From positions 2,532,783-2,596,782 of the forward strand of contig CM082580.2 in NCBI GenBank assembly GCA_040954595.2: a stretch of DNA of 64,000 bases. Direction: 5' to 3'. Origin of the DNA: Balanoglossus misakiensis (Eukaryota; Animalia; Hemichordata). Within the stretch, counting starts at the first letter, position 1. The number at the start of each line of letters is the position of its first letter. The translations under genes were made by a program, and so were the position numbers. The notes under the pieces are model-generated. The model saw only the letters and a program-made list of their open reading frames with translations, was not told the DNA's origin and searched no databases. Positions 63,871-64,000 of this stretch are shown here, piece by piece.

Positions 63871-64000
63871 TAAGTTTTAAATTCATCTCTCCACATTGCT
63901 TCAGACAGTGCGGTTTAGCAGCTTTCGAAAAAGTGTTAAGGTATTACATCAATGTTGGGGGTCTAAGTCATACAGGGTACTTTGGATCTTGTGTACATAT

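Noticed and set aside
1-64000. Most short ORFs in the six-frame track, including those starting at GTG or TTG
   Set aside because: The DNA is eukaryotic and spliced. These ORFs are exon fragments with intron read-through, antisense shadows of exons, or chance ORFs in repeats.

Overview
This is eukaryotic, intron-rich animal DNA; the gene content and repeats suggest a marine invertebrate deuterostome, but the species cannot be established from the sequence. It is a tandem-duplication-rich locus. From left to right: (1) the 3' part of a membrane-anchored VWDE-like gene (D8C-Ig-like-VWD-EGF-TM); (2) a tail-to-tail alkaline phosphatase pseudogene fragment; (3) a complete second VWDE-like gene with an extra N-terminal domain containing a probable pair of mutually exclusive exons; (4) a longer frameshifted alkaline phosphatase pseudogene; (5) four tandem sarcosine-oxidase-like flavoenzyme genes plus an orphan last exon; (6) two intron-containing tRNA-Arg(TCG) genes; (7) a DEG/ENaC first-exon fragment fused into the oxidase repeat; (8) an intronless RING + UBZ-type zinc finger + CaaX gene; (9) the 5' part of a mosaic lectin gene (C-type lectin, two kringles, F-type lectin, hevein-like, F-type lectin). 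Many non-autonomous DNA transposons are present (Harbinger-, Kolobok-, piggyBac-, AcademH-, Crypton/Helentron- and P-like). Exon coordinates were read by eye and may be off by a few nt. Family assignments come from remembered motifs, not database searches.
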